Source of the DNA: an uncultured Ilumatobacter sp.
GTDB lineage: Bacteria; Actinomycetota; Acidimicrobiia; Acidimicrobiales; Ilumatobacteraceae
Length of the DNA: 64,000 nt
NCBI GenBank assembly: GCA_937919625.1
Contig: CALFRK010000003.1
Span: 8,886 to 72,885 of the forward strand
Reading direction: 5' to 3'
In this document: piece by piece, positions 63,888 to 64,000 of the stretch
Position numbering within the stretch: the first letter of the stretch is position 1
How the letters are laid out: each line of letters opens with the position of its first letter
The notes under the pieces: model-generated
What the model was told of the DNA's origin: nothing
The model's database searches: none
What the model saw: the letters and a program-made list of their open reading frames with translations, nothing else
Position numbers and translations under genes: made by a program

Positions 63888-64000
63888 CCACTTCCGCGTC
63901 GCCCACGTCTTCGGGCGGGTTCGTTCCACCGCCGTATCCCTACGAACGGATCGACCGGTTCAAGCCGCTCGCGGACCGGTTCGAAGGCGGTTTGGTTGAT
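63884..64000 (+). CDS. aminotransferase class I/II, N-terminal 39 codons (DapC-like; continues beyond the window)
   Basis: MTTSASPTSSGGFVPPPYPYERIDRFKPLADRFEGGLVD. Its ATG overlaps the hflX stop (ATGA). The PYPYE..D......A......VD pattern is typical of succinyl-DAP/LL-DAP aminotransferase N-termini. Confidence 0.45.
   Translation, partial: MTTSASPTSSGGFVPPPYPYERIDRFKPLADRFEGGLVD

Overview
High-GC, actinobacterial-type chromosomal segment. It is almost entirely conserved housekeeping genes in familiar synteny: rpmB, DEAD-box helicase, yloV-like, recG, nth, rsmD, coaD, yceD-rpmF-plsX, acpP, rnc-mutM-smc, ftsY, ffh, rpsP-KH-rimM-trmD-rplS, yraN, AdnAB-like helicase-nuclease, rpe, psuG, recA, miaB-miaA-dapF-hflX. 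The clearly accessory stretch is about 42.7-47.4 kb. It holds an arsR-ACR3 arsenite cassette followed by what I read as a decayed integrative-element and toxin-antitoxin graveyard next to tandem tRNA-His and tRNA-Lys genes. That remnant contains an excisionase pseudogene, two PIN/VapC fragments, a ParE-like gene with no start codon or antitoxin, a (TGCC)6 microsatellite, diverged direct repeats and two foreign-looking ORFs. Other second-look items are: a translationally coupled hydroxylysine-kinase-like plus AGXT2L-like phospho-lyase pair; a DUF3179 (CPLC) lipoprotein divergent from a CcdA thiol transporter; a recurring palindromic hairpin at gene ends; a 60-bp tandem repeat before rimM; and two LexA boxes before recA with no recX after it. 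I found no CRISPR array, rRNA, intact transposase or recognisable defence system. All family calls come from motif recognition by eye, with no database search. Start codons are often uncertain.
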